Shown in pieces: positions 1 to 51,584 of a DNA stretch of 64,000 nucleotides (position 1 is the first letter of the stretch; every line of letters begins with the position of its first letter). The stretch lies in contig OZ024762.1 in assembly GCA_964016885.1 (NCBI GenBank), positions 7,316,001 through 7,380,000 of the forward strand. Reading direction: 5' to 3'. Under the pieces are notes generated by a model that saw nothing but the letters and a program-made list of their open reading frames with translations, searched no databases and was not told the DNA's origin. Both the position numbers and the translations under genes were made by a program. The stretch is from Eledone cirrhosa (Eukaryota).

Positions 1-90
1 AAAAGAGTTGAAACTAATGCATGCAAGATTTCACAGCTCTAGCATCAGTCCTTCATAGTCAGCCTATGAACTTTTCAGCTGACTCTGAAA
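1..90. mobile_element. End fragment of a dispersed mariner-like DNA transposon/MITE family
   Basis: ATGCAAGATTTCACAGCTCTAGCATCAGTCCTTCATAGTCAGCCTATGAACTTTTCAGCTGAC recurs at ~13390-13465, 45115-45190, 54910-54960 (inverted), 56870-56925 and 63480-63540. Confidence 0.65.
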
Positions 91-229
91 AATTATTTAA
101 AAAAGAAAAGTGTGAGAATACCCACACACTCCATCACACACCACAAGAGGCCCTGAAGTTTCTCTTCCAATAACTGACCTAGAATTGTTCTGGAGAAGCA
201 AATAACTTTCGCTTGGTACCAAGATGAGA

Positions 230-620
230 TTTTACTGCAGCAATGTGCTTTCAATGCTCCTATGTGTGTGTGAAGACCAGCCAAGAGAACCAATGATGTT
301 TTTGACACCAAATGTCTACAGAAAATCCTTAGCATCAGGTGGGATGACTTCACCAACAAAGAAGTCTGTCAACAAACCCACCAACAATATGTGTCTAACA
401 TAATGTGCAACCACCGACTTGGCTGATTGGAACATGTCACACGACTCTCAAGTGAGAGGCATGCGTATTGGTATCCCTGTGGAAAGAGGCGAAGATGACA
501 TCCCAAGATGAACTGGCAGCAAAAGTTGGAACAATGTGTTGATAGATGGAACTAACCGTGGTCATTGGAGCACTTTGGTTGCCTCGTGTGCCTCAAGACG
601 CGCGATCCAAGTCTAAGTAA
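230..620 (+). mobile_element. Degenerate RTE-type LINE 3' fragment
   Basis: Broken frame reads FDTKCLQKILSIRWDDF..NKEV...RLG*LEHVTR, typical of the RTE ORF C-terminus. Confidence 0.6.
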
Positions 621-1599
621 GCCAACTCACAGCATTAACATGGGTGATAGCAAAGCTAAGGTTCTGGAATAACTAAGCCCCCATGCAGGAATTACCTCAT
701 ACAGTGAGCTGCCATAATGACAAGAACCTCATCAATGGCACAGCTTCCCTAAATGTCTCAAATTCCGCCAGCTGAAAAAAAAATTGATGTTGCATGGCAG
801 TGAGACATTGGTGATGAGTGTGGAAGATGTGTGAAACCTGGAGAGAAACAAATCTTGCATATTCTGTTGGATGTTTAGGGTTAGTGTGCCTTAACAACAA
901 AACATGACTGAGCTGTGAGAAAGAGAGGAATCACAAGTTTCATGCAGGAAAGAAGATTGCATTGCCATAGACATACAATGTGTATGGCTGATGATTGATA
1001 AGTGGAAAAAGGGCCAGGAGTTCCAAGGGGAAGAAAGACATGAGCAGAGGTGGTGAAAGCTATTTTCATGAAATTACAATTCTTTTGTTTTATTCAAATC
1101 ACAGTTTCATATTAATTTTTTACATATTACTGAAGATGATAAAGATAGTATCAACTATGAAAACATTTCCTTAGTCCAATTTGATGAGTTCCACCTCATT
1201 CTGTAAAGGAATAAGGTCTGGAATCTTGATAATTAAAATATATATATATATGTAAATTCTCGAATGGTGTCGGTAGGGTAATGTGTTGGTAGAGTATAAG
1301 CATCTTTATTATATATAGAAATGACTTCTACAGGACTAGAACAGTTTCATTTGTATGAAATCATCAGGACATTCCTGATGATTTCTATATATAATAAAGA
1401 TATATATATGCGTATTTACAGAATATAAAACAATTGAATTTTTGTTTAATGCATGCTATTATTAACATTCTGTGTATAATATACCTGATATTTTCACTTT
1501 TACATGTACTCTTCTTATAACACCTTTCAATATTTTGATATCTTTTTACTGTAATATCATGTATATGCTCGCTATCATTTTGGATCTGTATTACCTTAA

Positions 1600-1820
1600 C
1601 CCTTTAGCATTCACATTACTCTATATATACTATTGTATTTTCGTAGCAAACACTTTATCTTACAGAATTATCTCACATAATATCGAATCTATGAGATGTT
1701 GATATTATAGATTTTGAGAACAATACCTTAACATCAGTATAAGCGGCCAGTTTCAACTGGTTTGAACAAAAAGAGGTGACACATTCCTGGCCGGATATGG
1801 TCGGTTTGAATGCTAAAGGG
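1600..1820. mobile_element. piggyBac-type MITE
   Basis: TTAA target duplication; TIR CCCTTTAGCATTC...GAATGCTAAAGGG; further copies at 35441-35657 and 37276-37472. Confidence 0.85.
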
Positions 1821-2042
1821 TTAATGCCTACTATTACTGATTTACTGTGTAATATGCTTGATATACTCACTTGTAGTAATACCCTCTTTACAACAGCTTC
1901 CAATATTCGGCTATCTTTTCGGTGTAATATCATTTTATTACTCTTGTTTTTCAATATGATGTCACTAACACTGTCAATAATAATGTATCTTAATGAATGT
2001 TCTAAGGACTAGGAATGTAATTACTTGTTTAAACATTGTCTA

Positions 2043-2089
2043 TGCTCTGATGAATCCAGACAGTTGTCTGGGAGAAATGATCGTCAGCA
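2043..2089 (+). ncRNA. Type I hammerhead ribozyme motif (Penelope-like-element type)
   Basis: UGCU-CUGAUGA-a-UCCAGAC/AGUU/GUCUGGG-a-GAAA-UGAUCG-UC-AGCA; near-palindromic stem III; the 10.1/11.1 pair is mismatched. Confidence 0.6.
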
Positions 2090-2377
2090 ATTAAATGCAT
2101 TAAACAAAAATTTGATTGTTTTATATTCTGTACTTCTGCTCTGTAATACATCTAATTTACATTGAGCTAATTCTCTTACTGGTAATTGGGTAATACAATA
2201 TATTACCCTTTCGTATTTATAATTGTATATAGATTATATTTATATAAGTATAAATACTATTATTATTAATATGCATATGTATATAAAAAGATGTTCAAAA
2301 TTAAGATGTTTCACTATATGTATGAAATTAATCTTATCTCTATCACTTTCTTTTACAGGAATTGTATTTTGTTGACT

Positions 2378-40703
<38,326 letters not shown>

Positions 40704-41689
40704 AGCTTCTAAGCATGTATAAAGCCATTCATAACACTTGGAATACTCTTCAGTGATGTCATTTCTCAACAGCTAATCTCTCTTTCTCTCACACACAGAG
40801 AAGATTTTATGAAGAACTTTATTTCCCTTTCATATCAAAAGGTATCCTTCACTGATTTCCAATCAGGTGAAACTAAATCTTTAATTGTCTGCACTAACAA
40901 TTTTTTAAGTAAAAATATCTATTCTGAAAGTCATGCCCAGGTGTTACTTATTTTATTTGCATTTAGTTTACAAAATACAGAGTGTATTACTGGTATATCA
41001 GGTCTTGAAAGACTGATGGTGTTTCTCTCTGTCTACAGTATATATGTATATATACGAGGTGTGTCAGAAATGAAATGGGACTGTGGTCGTAAAAAATTAT
41101 ATTTCATATCCAAACAACAAGTTTTTCCCATTTGAACAGTCATCGTCAGAACTGCAGCACGCATGCACACACACACGCATCGTCCAGCGCTGGACTTACC
41201 TATTTGCTAAATAAGCTATAACTTAGGGCCACACTCAATCGAGAGCCTCATTTTATATAATTTTTATTTTTTATTTTATTAGTTTTTATTCTTTAACACT
41301 ACTAAATCATAAAAAATTATATATATACAGTGTACCCCAAACATTTGCGGTTCTGGTTATTCGTGAAATTATCCTTAGAATCTAACTAATAATAGTTCAT
41401 GGAAGCCACCGCATATTCGCGGAATTGTAAATATCTTCCACAATTTTTTTATGGCTTTTTCCGTGGCAATATATATTTTTTTGTGCTTTTTAACGCTAAA
41501 TTATAACAATATGCTGTATTTGCTGGCCTGTGTTTTACATTTTGTTTTGACATTTATAGGCATTTTTATGGACCACGTCCAGTATTTGCAGTTTTTCACT
41601 CTTCGCGAGTGCTCTAGGGACGTAACCGCCGCGAATACCGGGGAACAACTATATATATATAGAGATTGTATGATGTATACAAACAGCAA

Positions 41690-43420
41690 TGTTACATGGC
41701 AGTGAGACATGGGCATAGTGTGCAGAGGATCTGCGCGGATGGGAAAGAACGTCAGTTATCACCACCTCCACCCATGATTTTCGTGGTCTTCCTTCCACTG
41801 AGATTTCTTGGCACTTCTTTACCCAGCAATCTTCCTTCATGTGCTTCACATGTCCATAACAATGCAGTCTCTTCTCTCCCCAGAGAAGAATGTGTCCCCA
41901 ACATAGGTTAGTCATTAGTGACATCTCAATAAACAAGAGACAGAATGAGACATACAGGAAGGTCTGGAAGCTAAAAGACCTTTCATTAAAATATAAATTT
42001 AGGAAAGCCCTTCAAGATGTGTATGATGAGAAAAAAGACGAATTTGAATCGTATGGCATAGATGACGACTGGAAGTTCTTACTTGACAACTTACTGCAAG
42101 CTACTGAAGAGACTTGTGGCTGGAGCAAAGCTCCAACCAGAAGGTGACCTGGTGGTGGAACAGCACGGTAGATAGGGCCATTAGAGACAAAAGACAAGCA
42201 TGGAAGGCTTGGAAAAATGGTGGGAGTAGAAACCGATATTCAGCTGCTAAAAGAGAAGCTACAGGTGTACTTAGCACGCCAGGAGGCTGAGTATAGGAGG
42301 TTTGCCAATGTTCAGTAGAAAAGCTAGAGAATAAATTCTGGCTATGGAAACAGCAGTTGGAATTAAGAGGACTGAGAGTGAACCTAGCTAAGACAAAAGT
42401 GTTGAAAAGTAGATAAGAGGGACAAAACTCTGATTCCATCAGGGAAATGACCATGCTCGATATGTAGAAAAGGAGTTGGCATAAACTCTATAGAATGTGC
42501 ACAAAGCAGATCTTGGGTACACAAGAGGTGTAGTGGGATAGCAGGAAAACTTCATATGTAGAGATGTAAGTTAATTTCTTTTAAAAAAAAAAACTTTTCT
42601 AAATCATTAATATTGTTATATACATGTTGAGAATCTTTTATCACTTGGGACCAGAAGTGTTTCAGATTTAAGATTTTGAAATATTTGTGTACTTTCTAGA
42701 TACTGGCATCTTAACATAAATTCTAAATATAATCATAGCTTAAAAACATTCATAGAAAGACTTAATATATATTTATTATACATGTTCAGGGAAATTTGAC
42801 TGTATAAGTTGCAGTGATAGGCACATTTTTCAAATGCAGGTAGGATCTATAGAGGTGGTTGATAGCTTCCGATACCCAGGTGATCAGATTAGCAAGGGAG
42901 GAGTATGCTCTGAGGCCATAGTATAAGGATAGGATGGAAGAAGTTTAGGGAGCTGCTTCATCTGTTGACAATAAATGGTTTCTCCCTACGAATGGAAAGT
43001 CGGTTATATGGTGCATGGTAGTGAGACATAGGCAGCAACTGCAGAGGATATGTGATGACTGGAGAGAAATGAAGCAAGCATACTCCATTGGATGTGCATA
43101 AACGACCAAGCATAGACGAGTTGAGAGTGAAACTGTATATAAGAAGGATAAGTTGTAGTGTGCGGGAGAGAAGATTGCGTTGGTATGGACATGTGATGCA
43201 CATGGAGGATGACTGCTGGGTGAAGAAGTGCCAAGAAATCTCAGTGGAAGGAAGACCACAACAAAAATCATGGATGGAGGTGGTGAGAGCTGGTCTCAGA
43301 TCGCTGAAGCTCACAGAGGAGATGGCGAGAGACCGTGACAAGTGGAGAGATGCTGTGGTGAAGAGGACCCGTCCTACCCTTGCAAGCAAGGAAAAGCAGA
43401 TGTAAATTGATGATGATGAT
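41690..43420 (+). mobile_element. Fragmented RTE-type LINE (with an inverted piece at 41750-41890)
   Basis: PQHRLVISD, KVWKLKD, TWWWNSTVD, RRLRWYGHVMHMEDDCWVKKCQ...RDRDKWR. Confidence 0.85.
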
Positions 43421-43679
43421 ATGCATTTCCATAGAAAAGGTAAAGGAAAGAAGAGTGCTCTATGTGTAGTACAGAGCTATTATATAATAAACAACAATAT
43501 AATATAGTTGTATACACAGAATCAGATGAAAAATGATAAATAAAAAGATTAATGAAAAATAAAAACAAAACGAGACTGGTAGTCCAAGCAAAACTTGCAC
43601 ACATATACAAATATATAAATAATCACATACATATAAAGGCAAATATATATACATACACGCATAAGTTCTTACATGATCT

Positions 43680-43900
43680 GTCTAAGGCTATGTTACCTAC
43701 ATATTAATTAGGCTAGCTATATGCTAACCTGATGTCCTGGACCGAGTTAGGAATCCGTCTTACCCGATTTTCCCTAAATTTGATTTGAGTTATCTCCTTT
43801 TATTTAGAGTTACTTCCCCGTTATGGAATTCTTTTTTTTTTTCTTTCAATTCACTTCCGGTTCTTTGAAAGAAAATCGTTTTCCTATAACGAGGTAATGA
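43680..43900 (+). promoter_or_regulatory. Promoter-like module, paralogous to 46550-46737 but lacking the structured RNA
   Basis: Shares TCTAAGGCTATGTTACCTACATATTAAT with 45815-45842; two GAGTTA(T/C)...CC motifs, ETS-like ACTTCCGG, donor GAG/GTAATG at 43893/43894. Confidence 0.4.
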
Positions 43901-46371
43901 AACTAAACCTTTTCTATATACACATGTTTTATTTACCGTGGCTTTCTGACACACGATTTCTTTTAAACCAAAAAACTACTCATACGAATAGTGTTACTTC
44001 TTGTAAAGAAACAAAACTAAGCCATCTCGACACTATATACATTTCTAAGAAATATAACTCAAATTTCTCTATAAAACACATTCTGTGTATCAGCTATCTT
44101 TCTTTATTGAATACATTGTAAACCTTGTCAACAATACGTTTTACTATCTACTCTTTTTAGAGACATAAATATAAAACTATTTACTTTCTACTACGAAAAA
44201 TATATTAACCTTCTCTATGCAGGAAAATACCTTTCCTATTTTCTTTTAAGAAACAAAATATGTATAGCTACAGTTGTATTTTTTTCTCCATTTCTTTCAC
44301 AACGAAGCACAGCAGCTTCATTTCTCGCACACGTGTGTGAATAAAAAACGTTAAACACTTGGATTTTACCAATTTTAGATTGATCAGTTATTGAAACATT
44401 TTCTGTATATTTCCCTCCATAATGTTAGAAATAATTATTTAAACGTTAGGTTGTTTTTTTTGCTTCGGCTTAGGGTATGTATGTGCCATAGTATCTCCTG
44501 TGGCCAACTAAGCCCTGGTCATCATAAGCTTAGAGGGTGAAAGAAGCAGTTTTAGGTCATACTTCACATAGCATCTCCTATGGCCACCTAACACCCTGGT
44601 CAATGTCCCATAGTTTCTCCCACGCTAGCATGGGTCGTTTTGCTTATATATATATGTATGTGTGTGCAATTATATTTGTCCATCAATTGTGTATACACAG
44701 TTTGAGGTTGGACCTTCGGAAAGACCTGAAGATTCATCTGTATTGCTGTACGGGTCTGAGACTTGGACACTGACCAAGAGATTCACTCAGATGGTGGATG
44801 GGTGCTAAATATATATATTTATACAAATTTTTCTTTTCCTGAAGTGTGTAGACATTTTTTTTGTATACACACTTATTGGCATTAGCTGTCTCGTTTCTTA
44901 GAAGAAATGAAAAAGCAAAAGTTTGGTTTATTTCACATGTTCGTCGCTAGATAAGGAAGTTTATTTACATTCCTTTGAAGATCTCAGTAATATTTTCCTG
45001 TGTAGAGAAGGTTTAATTCTGTTTCTTAGTAAAAAAGAGAATCAGAAGTATATACGTAAGAGGGCTGACTGACCAAATGGAAAGAAGCAATGCAGTTATT
45101 AGTAAGGAGAGTTGAAATTAATGCATGCAAGATTTCACTGTTCTAGCATCACTCCTTCATAGTCAGCCTATGAGCTTTTCAGTTGACCCTCGTTTGTACA
45201 GAAGAAGGTTTATATAAGTGTAACTTTATGTGTGTGTCTAGAGAAGATTTAGTTTTGTTTATTAGACAAAGAAAGTATGTATATATAAATGTAACAGATA
45301 GAATGCCTTCATTTCAGCTGTCTGAATTCAAATCCCATCAAGGCCAACTTTGCCTTTCATCCATTCAAGGTTGATAAAAAAAAGTACCAGTCTAGTACTG
45401 GGGTGAATTCTTCCTCTACACTTCTCTAGAAGAAATCCGCTGTATTCAGACCTGGGCTCTGCCAGGTTTTAAAAAGAGCCCTAGAAACACTGTATGTCAA
45501 TGCGTTGCCTCTATGACTCCCTCGGGAGTTACGGGTCCATACATATAACTCTCACAGCTTGGAAGTTCTGTATGTAAGTCTTTAAAAACATTTCAGCAGT
45601 ACACTCAGCTGAGGAGTTAATCCTGCGATAGACCAGTGTCCTATCCAGGGAGAGTCTTATACTCTCAGACACTTAATTCCAAAGAAACTGGTGAGAAGCT
45701 GAGAACAGATTTTATATATACTATATTTAGGTTTAATCAATACATATATTGATGATTGGAATCATGGTCTTAAGATTACCCAAATCGATACTAACTATTA
45801 CAAATACAGATCTCTCTAAGGCTATGTTACCTACATATTAATAGTTCTGAAAAGATGCATCAGTCTTCTCCTCTATGGAGCAGAAACGTGGCCCCACACA
45901 AAGTCGATTGACAGCAGAGCCCTGAGGACCAGCTAAATCACAGCCCACAGCCTTACTCTCGTTCAACACAGTAGCACCTGGTAGGCTCTACCCATGATGA
46001 TGCCGGTCTAGATGTACAAAATACTCGAATATAAGGTGATCCTCCTCCCTATCTTATGTCTAAGAAGTGGGCAAAAATGCGAACCTTATTTACGTAGAAT
46101 TTGAAGTTGGCGAAAACGGTCAAACTATTGGATCCCTATATAAGTCAACCCCTTACTACATATTCGTGTATATCCCGTTATATATGTACCAAATACTAGT
46201 AGTTCCTTAATGGCTATATATCCCGTTATATTTATATATAGAGAGAAACGGAAAGAAAACAAGATAACACTCGGAATATGTCGTGTTATCTCGCTTTCTT
46301 TCCGTTTCTTTTTTTTTTAAAAAAGAAGGAAAATGTTAGCTATAAGTATGACTATTTGACTCTGTAGAATT

Positions 46372-46536
46372 GCGGCTTGTGCGTGGCGCTGCACGTAGCG
46401 TTTCTGGCTTCGCTGTCGTACTTCGGTATGGCATGACCACTCGATCGTGTCTGAAGTTCGAATCGTTGCGGGGTCGGCCGGGACCACAGCAGGCTGGCTT
46501 TATGCTGGCCTGCTCTCCCGCCTCGCATGAGTTTTT
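46372..46536 (+). ncRNA. Candidate structured Pol III-type ncRNA, copy 1 (unassigned; vault-RNA-like architecture)
   Basis: TATAAGTA at 46341; 5'/3' terminal stem; cUUCGg hairpin at 46414-46433; B-box-like GTTCGAATC at 46456-46464; T5 at 46532-46536; structure-preserving differences in the other copies. Confidence 0.55.
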
Positions 46537-46549
46537 GCCAAACAATTTG

Positions 46550-46737
46550 ACGAGAGTTATCTCCCTTTGATTTGAGTTATTTGCCCTTTGTTGACATTGA
46601 ACTACTTCCGGTTTGTGGAACTCTTCTTCCTTTGTTGTCATTTCTTTTCAGTGTATTGAAGCTGTAACATTATTCTATTTACTCTGGGACTATTAACGAT
46701 ATCTGTTTGGATTTTACGTTCGTGTAAAGAGGTATGT
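46550..46737 (+). promoter_or_regulatory. Promoter-like module and putative first exon
   Basis: GAGTTATCTCCCTTT and GAGTTATTTGCCCTTT, ETS-like ACTTCCGG, pyrimidine-rich CTCTTCTTCCTTT, donor GAG/GTATGT at 46731/46732 conserved in all copies. Confidence 0.45.
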
Positions 46738-48679
46738 AAAGTTTTATTCACACTCACGGATATTATTGAGACACAAAAATACATTTCACTATCTTGGAAA
46801 TATACATACATTTAATTCTTCAATATAAATACATTCTTGTAGTGTTTTAGTTGCCATGTCTTTTAAATTTATTCTAAACACTCTTCACAGAACTAAACCT
46901 CCTTCCGAGAAACAAAACAAATAATATATACACGCAGCTACCTCTTCTAACTAAACATACATGCTACTTTCCTCCCTATACCTTATACCATCGTAATTTC
47001 TACGTCGAGTTACCTCGGCATCACCACCTTTACTCCAACTCAGCATTCTCTCTTGCACATCATATCAACTATATATTTATATTATAATCGTATCTCTATT
47101 ACACCTTCTCTGTATATACTTACTTAGAAGAAAGGTATATCTCCTCATTATACACAGTATCCGGAGCTATATAAGAAACTGTAGTATATAGAATACAGAC
47201 CCTCTCTCTATACATAAACACACTTCGAAGTATTGTATATATGCAGCATCTATATACACACAAGGCAAAGTTAAAACCCTCTTCTCTACTACTTTTCCCG
47301 AGGATACTTACATAAAACTCTGGATATTTTAATCAAGGCATCTATTTTTTGTACGTAGAGATTCCCCTAACATCTAGAAGACATTATATTCAGTATCCTT
47401 CTCAATAGAAAAAAAAACTCCCCATGTATTATATTACACATACATAGTTTCCTATAGATATGGTATTCCATAGAATACACTCCCTTGTTATACAAACATT
47501 GTACACACGTGTGTATATAATACACAGAAACTTACTACTAGATATTGTGTGTACACAGCAAAGAATCTACTGTTTGTATGTAGAGACTTCTCTGTAACAT
47601 CTAGAAGGCTTATATATTTATTATCCTTCTCAATAATAAAAAAAACCATATATATTATATTATAAATACAGTAATACCTCATCTAGAGGCGTATAAGAAA
47701 CTAAACTGTTCAGGATAAAGAGGTTTGATTTCTGCATCCAGACAATTATTGGTGTTAGAGCTGTGTAATCTGGATTATTTTTATTAATATATTCTGTTTC
47801 TTTCCAGGTATGTTGAAGATCTCCGCCAGCTCACCTCACACAGTCGTCTCAAGAAATAAAATAACTCCAACAACAAAATGTAGTTTATTTATTAATCTTT
47901 ATTTCACTTAGAAGTAAGTATATCCTATAGAACATTGTATTTTATTATATATATACACAGGTAGTATCTTACATGTAGATCGTTTAACTTCCACTCATAA
48001 TATATGTATTTAGATACTGTATATATTTATGTAATTAGTGAGAAACATCCTTCTTGAAAGAAGTGTATATATAGAATAGATTAATTAATGTGTATGTACA
48101 CTATAGAATCCCAGTAAGAAACATCCTTCTTACTGAAAGAGGTAAGTGTGGTGCTATAGAAAAGTTTCTTTGAGAATGGAAACTGTATATATATATAATA
48201 CAGTAATCCTAGCAAGTTTATTTCTTGCTGTGTATATCTCCTGTAAGAGGTTATAATATCTATATATACCTCTCTCATACTTACCAGTAAGTATATAGGA
48301 ATAGAGGTATTAATAAAGAAGTTTCATATTATAAACATTTATAATGTGTATATATACAGTATTCTAGTAAGTTTATTTCCTTCTGTATATAGAATAAATT
48401 TGTATTCTATATCTCTCCCAGTATGTATATAGGAATAGAAGTATGAACTCAGTTCGAAACATCTTTCATGAAAGAAATGTATCTAATGCAGTATTCTAGT
48501 GAGGCCATTTCTTTCTGTATGTATACATATGCCTAGAGATAGAAGGGTGTTAATATGTATGGATTCTATAGAAGTAAGTGTATATATACACATGGTTTTA
48601 AGGTAATAGTATCCTATAGAATACACATACTTATATCTATCTAGAGAAGAAAGTTTAACTCCTTAGCTATATTTATATA

Positions 48680-50087
48680 AACATACATACACACATATAT
48701 GTACATATGTATACATACATACGTATGTGTATATATACACATACATACGTATGTATGTATATGTATATATACATATGTATGTATATATATACTTACGTAT
48801 GTATATACATACATACATAAGTATATATACATACGTATGTATATGTACGTATGCATAAATATACATACGTATGTATACACATGTATGTATATATATACGT
48901 ATGTATACATACATATACATACGTATGTATATATACATACGCATGTATACATACGTATGTATATATATATACGTATGTATGTATATATATACATACGTAT
49001 GCATATATACATACGCATGTATATGTATACATACGTATGTGTACATATACATGCGTATGTATATGTATACATACGTATGTATATATACATACGCATGTAT
49101 ATATACATACGCATGTATATGTATATACGTATCTATACATACGTATGTATATATACATACGCATGTATATGTATACATACGTATGTTTATATATACATAC
49201 GTATGTATATACATACGTATGTGTATATACATATACATACGTATGTGTATATACATATACATACGTATGTGTATATATACATACGTATGTGTATACATAT
49301 GTATGTATATATAAACATACGTATGTATACATATACATACGTATGTATATATACATACGTATGTATACACATACGTATGTTTATATATATATACATACGT
49401 ATGTGTATATATACATACGTATGTATATTTATGCATACACATACATATGTATATATACATACGTACGTATATATATATACATACGTATGCATAAATATAC
49501 ATACGCATGTATATATATACATACGTATGTATATGTACACATGCGTATGTATATATACACATACATATGTATATATACATACGCATGTATATATACATAC
49601 TCATGTATATATACATACTCATGTGTATATACATACGTATGTTTATATATACATACGCATGTTTATGTGTATATATATATACATACGTATGTATACATAT
49701 ACATACGTATGTATATTTATGCATACACATACATACGTATGTATATATACATACGTACGTGTATATATACATACGCATGCATAAATATACATACGCATGT
49801 ATATGTACACATACGTACACATGCGTATGTATATATACACACGTATGTATATATATACACACGTATGTATATATATATATACATATACATACGTATGTGT
49901 ATATATACATACGTATGTGTATACATATGTATGTATATATAAACATACGTATGTATACATATACATGCGTATGTATATATACATACGCATGTATATTTAT
50001 ACATGCGTATGTATATATACACATACGTATGTATATATATACACACGTATGTATATATATACATATATATGTATATACATACACATG
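48680..50087. repeat. 1.4-kb compound purine-pyrimidine microsatellite (TACA/TACG/TATG)
   Basis: Direct inspection; rich in the self-complementary TACATACGTATGTA. Confidence 0.95.
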
Positions 50088-51584
50088 TCTTTAATCCTTA
50101 GCTATATTTATATAATACAGTAGTCTAGAGATATAAGGGTATTAATATGTCTGTAGGTTATTGTCTTTATATCTGTGTAGGGTAACTTCTAAATTTACAA
50201 TGAAGATATGCTTTATATACACAAAAGTGTTTATGTGGAGTATGCCTGTCTAGAGGAGAACACGTATTGATATATCCTTTCAAGAAAAGGGTAACTGTGT
50301 ACATATGGTTCTACATACTGTACTTTATTGAACACAATTTCAATATATAATGAGGTACTTCTTCCAATATAGAGAAGAAGGTATATTATAGACATGAAGT
50401 ACGCTTTGTGTGTCATTGAATGTAAAGAACACTAAATTTCTTTGTATTTATACAGTTAGCTCTCTTGCTTCTTAGGAAGCATGTACACGTTCTACTGTGA
50501 GATGCTTATACGCAACTAGAAGAACAATAGTAGTAGTTTCCTAAGAGACGTATGTGTAGTATCTAGCGAGAATGTATTGATATGTATGTACAGATCAAAA
50601 CCTCTTATCTTATATGTGTATGATGTTCATAAAGAGACACACACAATGTGGGTTTAGATATTTTCTTATATACAGACGTGTCTACTTTTATGTTAATTAC
50701 CTGTATATAGAGATGGTTTGTTTCTAATAGGTGTGTATCTAGGCAATAACATTTCTCCTGTATAGAGGGGATTTATTTATATAATATGAATCTAGTATAC
50801 AGTGACAGGTTTTTGTCTTCCTACAGTGTAAGAGGTGTCTAGTGTGTGTATATATACAGGGAGTAAATAATAAGGCAACAAAGGAAAATACTGGTTTATT
50901 CTTTTATTTCACAATTTATTTACCTTTCTTCTTGAGATAGAGTTGTAGTAGTCTCCAGGTCTGGTCCTTAGGAATATAAAATAGGTTAGTTGTGTATATA
51001 TAAAGATTTAGTTTTGTATCTAGTGAAGAACGTTTATATATGGATGATGTAGCTATCAAGCAGGTGCGGATGCTAGAAGTAGTAGTAAAGAGTCCTACGG
51101 CAGAGTAATGGAGCTACCATGCTTCGTTAGATATGAAATATAACTGTATGGTTTAGCTTCTATATTCATATGTCTAGAGAAGGTTTAGTTTCATGTCTAT
51201 TATTCCAGTATGAACAAGTTTGTATATTGCGCCTCATAAGTATCTGTTATGATAGAAGGGAGACCGTTTATATATGAATATAGCTTCATGTGTACGTATG
51301 TCCCCAGGATTCTTCCTCTACATGGTTTAGAATAAATTTACGGCTAATACATAAATATGCCTGAAGTGTTTGTGTATTTACGTGAAAAAGTGTCTTCTTG
51401 TATATAGAATATCTGTGTGTGTATTCAGGTATAAGGTTTAAAATGTGTATAGAGAGGAAGCTTGGTTATATTTCCTTACAAGTATGTATATAGTATCGAG
51501 AGAAGATTTAGTTGTAACATGTTAGAAGAGGTGTGTATATATACAGATCATGGTTAGTTTTGTTTCATAATAGAGGAGGGTAAC

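Larger units (their letters stand above)
45713..46965 (+). repeat. Left arm of ~1.1-1.25-kb inverted duplication (partner 51585-52727)
   Basis: Near-identical reverse complement over 45713-46780, patchy further in. Confidence 0.95.

Noticed and set aside
46372-46536. Short resemblances to 5.8S rRNA (CACTCG..TCGTG..TGAAG, TTCGAA..TTGCGG), the U4 5' end, the 7SL Alu domain, HDV ribozyme and tRNA
   Set aside because: Each lacks essential parts (5.8S central region, canonical Sm site, SRP S domain, HDV pseudoknot, cloverleaf), and several of the matching words are not conserved in copy 3
46336-46641. ORF MTTKEEEFHKPEV... seen in three copies
   Set aside because: Indels between copies shift the frame (copy 3 diverges after NDS), while base pairing on the opposite strand is largely preserved; better explained as the antisense of a structured RNA or promoter
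47736-47775. ATCCAGA...TCTGGAT stem near a putative acceptor, as an intronic snoRNA or miRNA
   Set aside because: Only 7 bp of stem; no C/D or H/ACA boxes identifiable
48641-50123. Many Y/I/H/T/V/C/M-rich ORFs up to 473 aa (also 8300-8780)
   Set aside because: Alternating purine-pyrimidine microsatellites cannot contain stop codons
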